Position numbers and translations under genes: made by a program
Part shown: piece after piece, positions 18,019-18,350 of the stretch
How positions within the stretch are numbered: position 1 is the first letter of the stretch
How the letters are laid out: the number at the start of each line of letters is the position of its first letter
Assembly (NCBI GenBank): GCA_051117555.1
Contig: JBNPEG010000020.1
Location: forward strand, 1 to 18,350
Source: Elainellaceae cyanobacterium
GTDB lineage: Bacteria; Cyanobacteriota; Cyanobacteriia; CAZCXK01
DNA length: 18,350 bases
Reading direction: 5' to 3'
Notes under the pieces: generated by a model
The model's database searches: none
What the model was told of the DNA's origin: nothing
The model's input: only the letters and a program-made list of their open reading frames with translations

Positions 18019-18125
18019 CCCCTTCAGGGAGTGACCCACCCCTAGCCCCTCCAAGGAGGGGGACAAGAGGAGATCTGGCTCCGGCTCTGGCTCCGGCTCC
18101 CCTCTTGAGAGGGGTTGGGGGTGTG
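18006..18125. repeat. Further copies of the ~30-bp repeat, including an inverted pair
   Basis: GACCCACTCCTAGCCCCTTCAGGGAG (18006-18031, truncated); GACCCACCCCTAGCCCCTCCAAGGAGGGGGA (18033-18063); inverted copy 18098-18125 (reverse complement CACACCCCCAACCCCTCTCAAGAGGGGA); the spacer holds TCTGGCTCCGGC x2 (18074-18097). Confidence 0.85.
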
Positions 18126-18350
18126 TAGAGAGGGGTTGGGGGTGTGTAGAGAGGGGTTGGGGGGGTGTAGAGAGGGGTTGGGGGGGTGTAGAGAGGGGTT
18201 GGGGGGGTGTTCTATCCAGTTCTGTATTACGTCTAAAATGCGATCGCACTGATGTTGTACTTCTTCTTCTCGAAACCGCAGAAATCTAACCCCCAAGGAC
18301 TCCAGGCGTGTTTGTCGGGCGCGATCGCGCTCTTGGGCTTCGGGGCTGTC
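18042..18350 (-). CDS. DUF559 (Vsr-like endonuclease domain) protein, 3' part only; start lies beyond the window
   Basis: Open frame from the window edge: DSPEAQERDRARQTRLESLGVRFLRFREEEVQHQCDRILDVIQNWIE matches the DUF559 C-terminal pattern (D..R...LE..G.R.LRF...EV); the tail is encoded by the repeats. Confidence 0.85.
   Translation of the reverse strand, partial: DSPEAQERDRARQTRLESLGVRFLRFREEEVQHQCDRILDVIQNWIEHPPNPSLHPPNPSLHPPNPSLHTPNPSLHTPNPSQEGSRSQSRSQISSCPPPWRG
18107..18210. repeat. 21-bp tandem repeat, 5 copies
   Basis: GAGAGGGGTTGGGGG(T/G)GTGTA units start at 18107, 18128, 18149, 18170 and 18191 (the last is 20 of 21 bp). Confidence 0.95.

Noticed and set aside
17618..18210. CRISPR array interpretation of the ~30-bp and 21-bp repeats
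   Set aside because: Copies are degenerate, irregularly spaced and in both orientations; the tandem units have no spacers; no cas genes are in the window.
17728..18249. 173-aa minus-strand ORF with PQPLST repeats
   Set aside because: It is an alternative frame of the tandem repeat and overlaps the better-supported DUF559 and DUF433 genes.

Overview
Cyanobacterial chromosomal DNA, judged from abundant HIP1 GCGATCGC octamers and cyanobacterial gene types. From left to right: a small membrane protein and an NfeD-like gene, divergent from an HTH-NACHT NTPase, with a repeat/palindrome array between them; a hairpin-rich intergenic region; a TamB/AsmA-like protein ending in a DUF1400-like domain; an EI24/CysZ-like membrane protein with an LPDW-repeat insert; a membrane-anchored coiled coil with a 28-residue period and a C-terminal BRCT domain; a carotenoid oxygenase; a DUF411 + Tat multicopper oxidase operon behind a MerR-type promoter; and a type I R-M hsdM. 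HsdM is followed not by hsdS but by a cassette punctuated with GC-rich repeats (DUF433 antitoxin, deleted PIN-toxin remnant, partial DUF559 nuclease, 21-bp tandem array). The best candidates for undescribed systems are the DUF559/repeat cassette at the hsdM 3' end and the HTH-NACHT/nfeD divergon. All family assignments come from motif recognition by eye; no searches were run.
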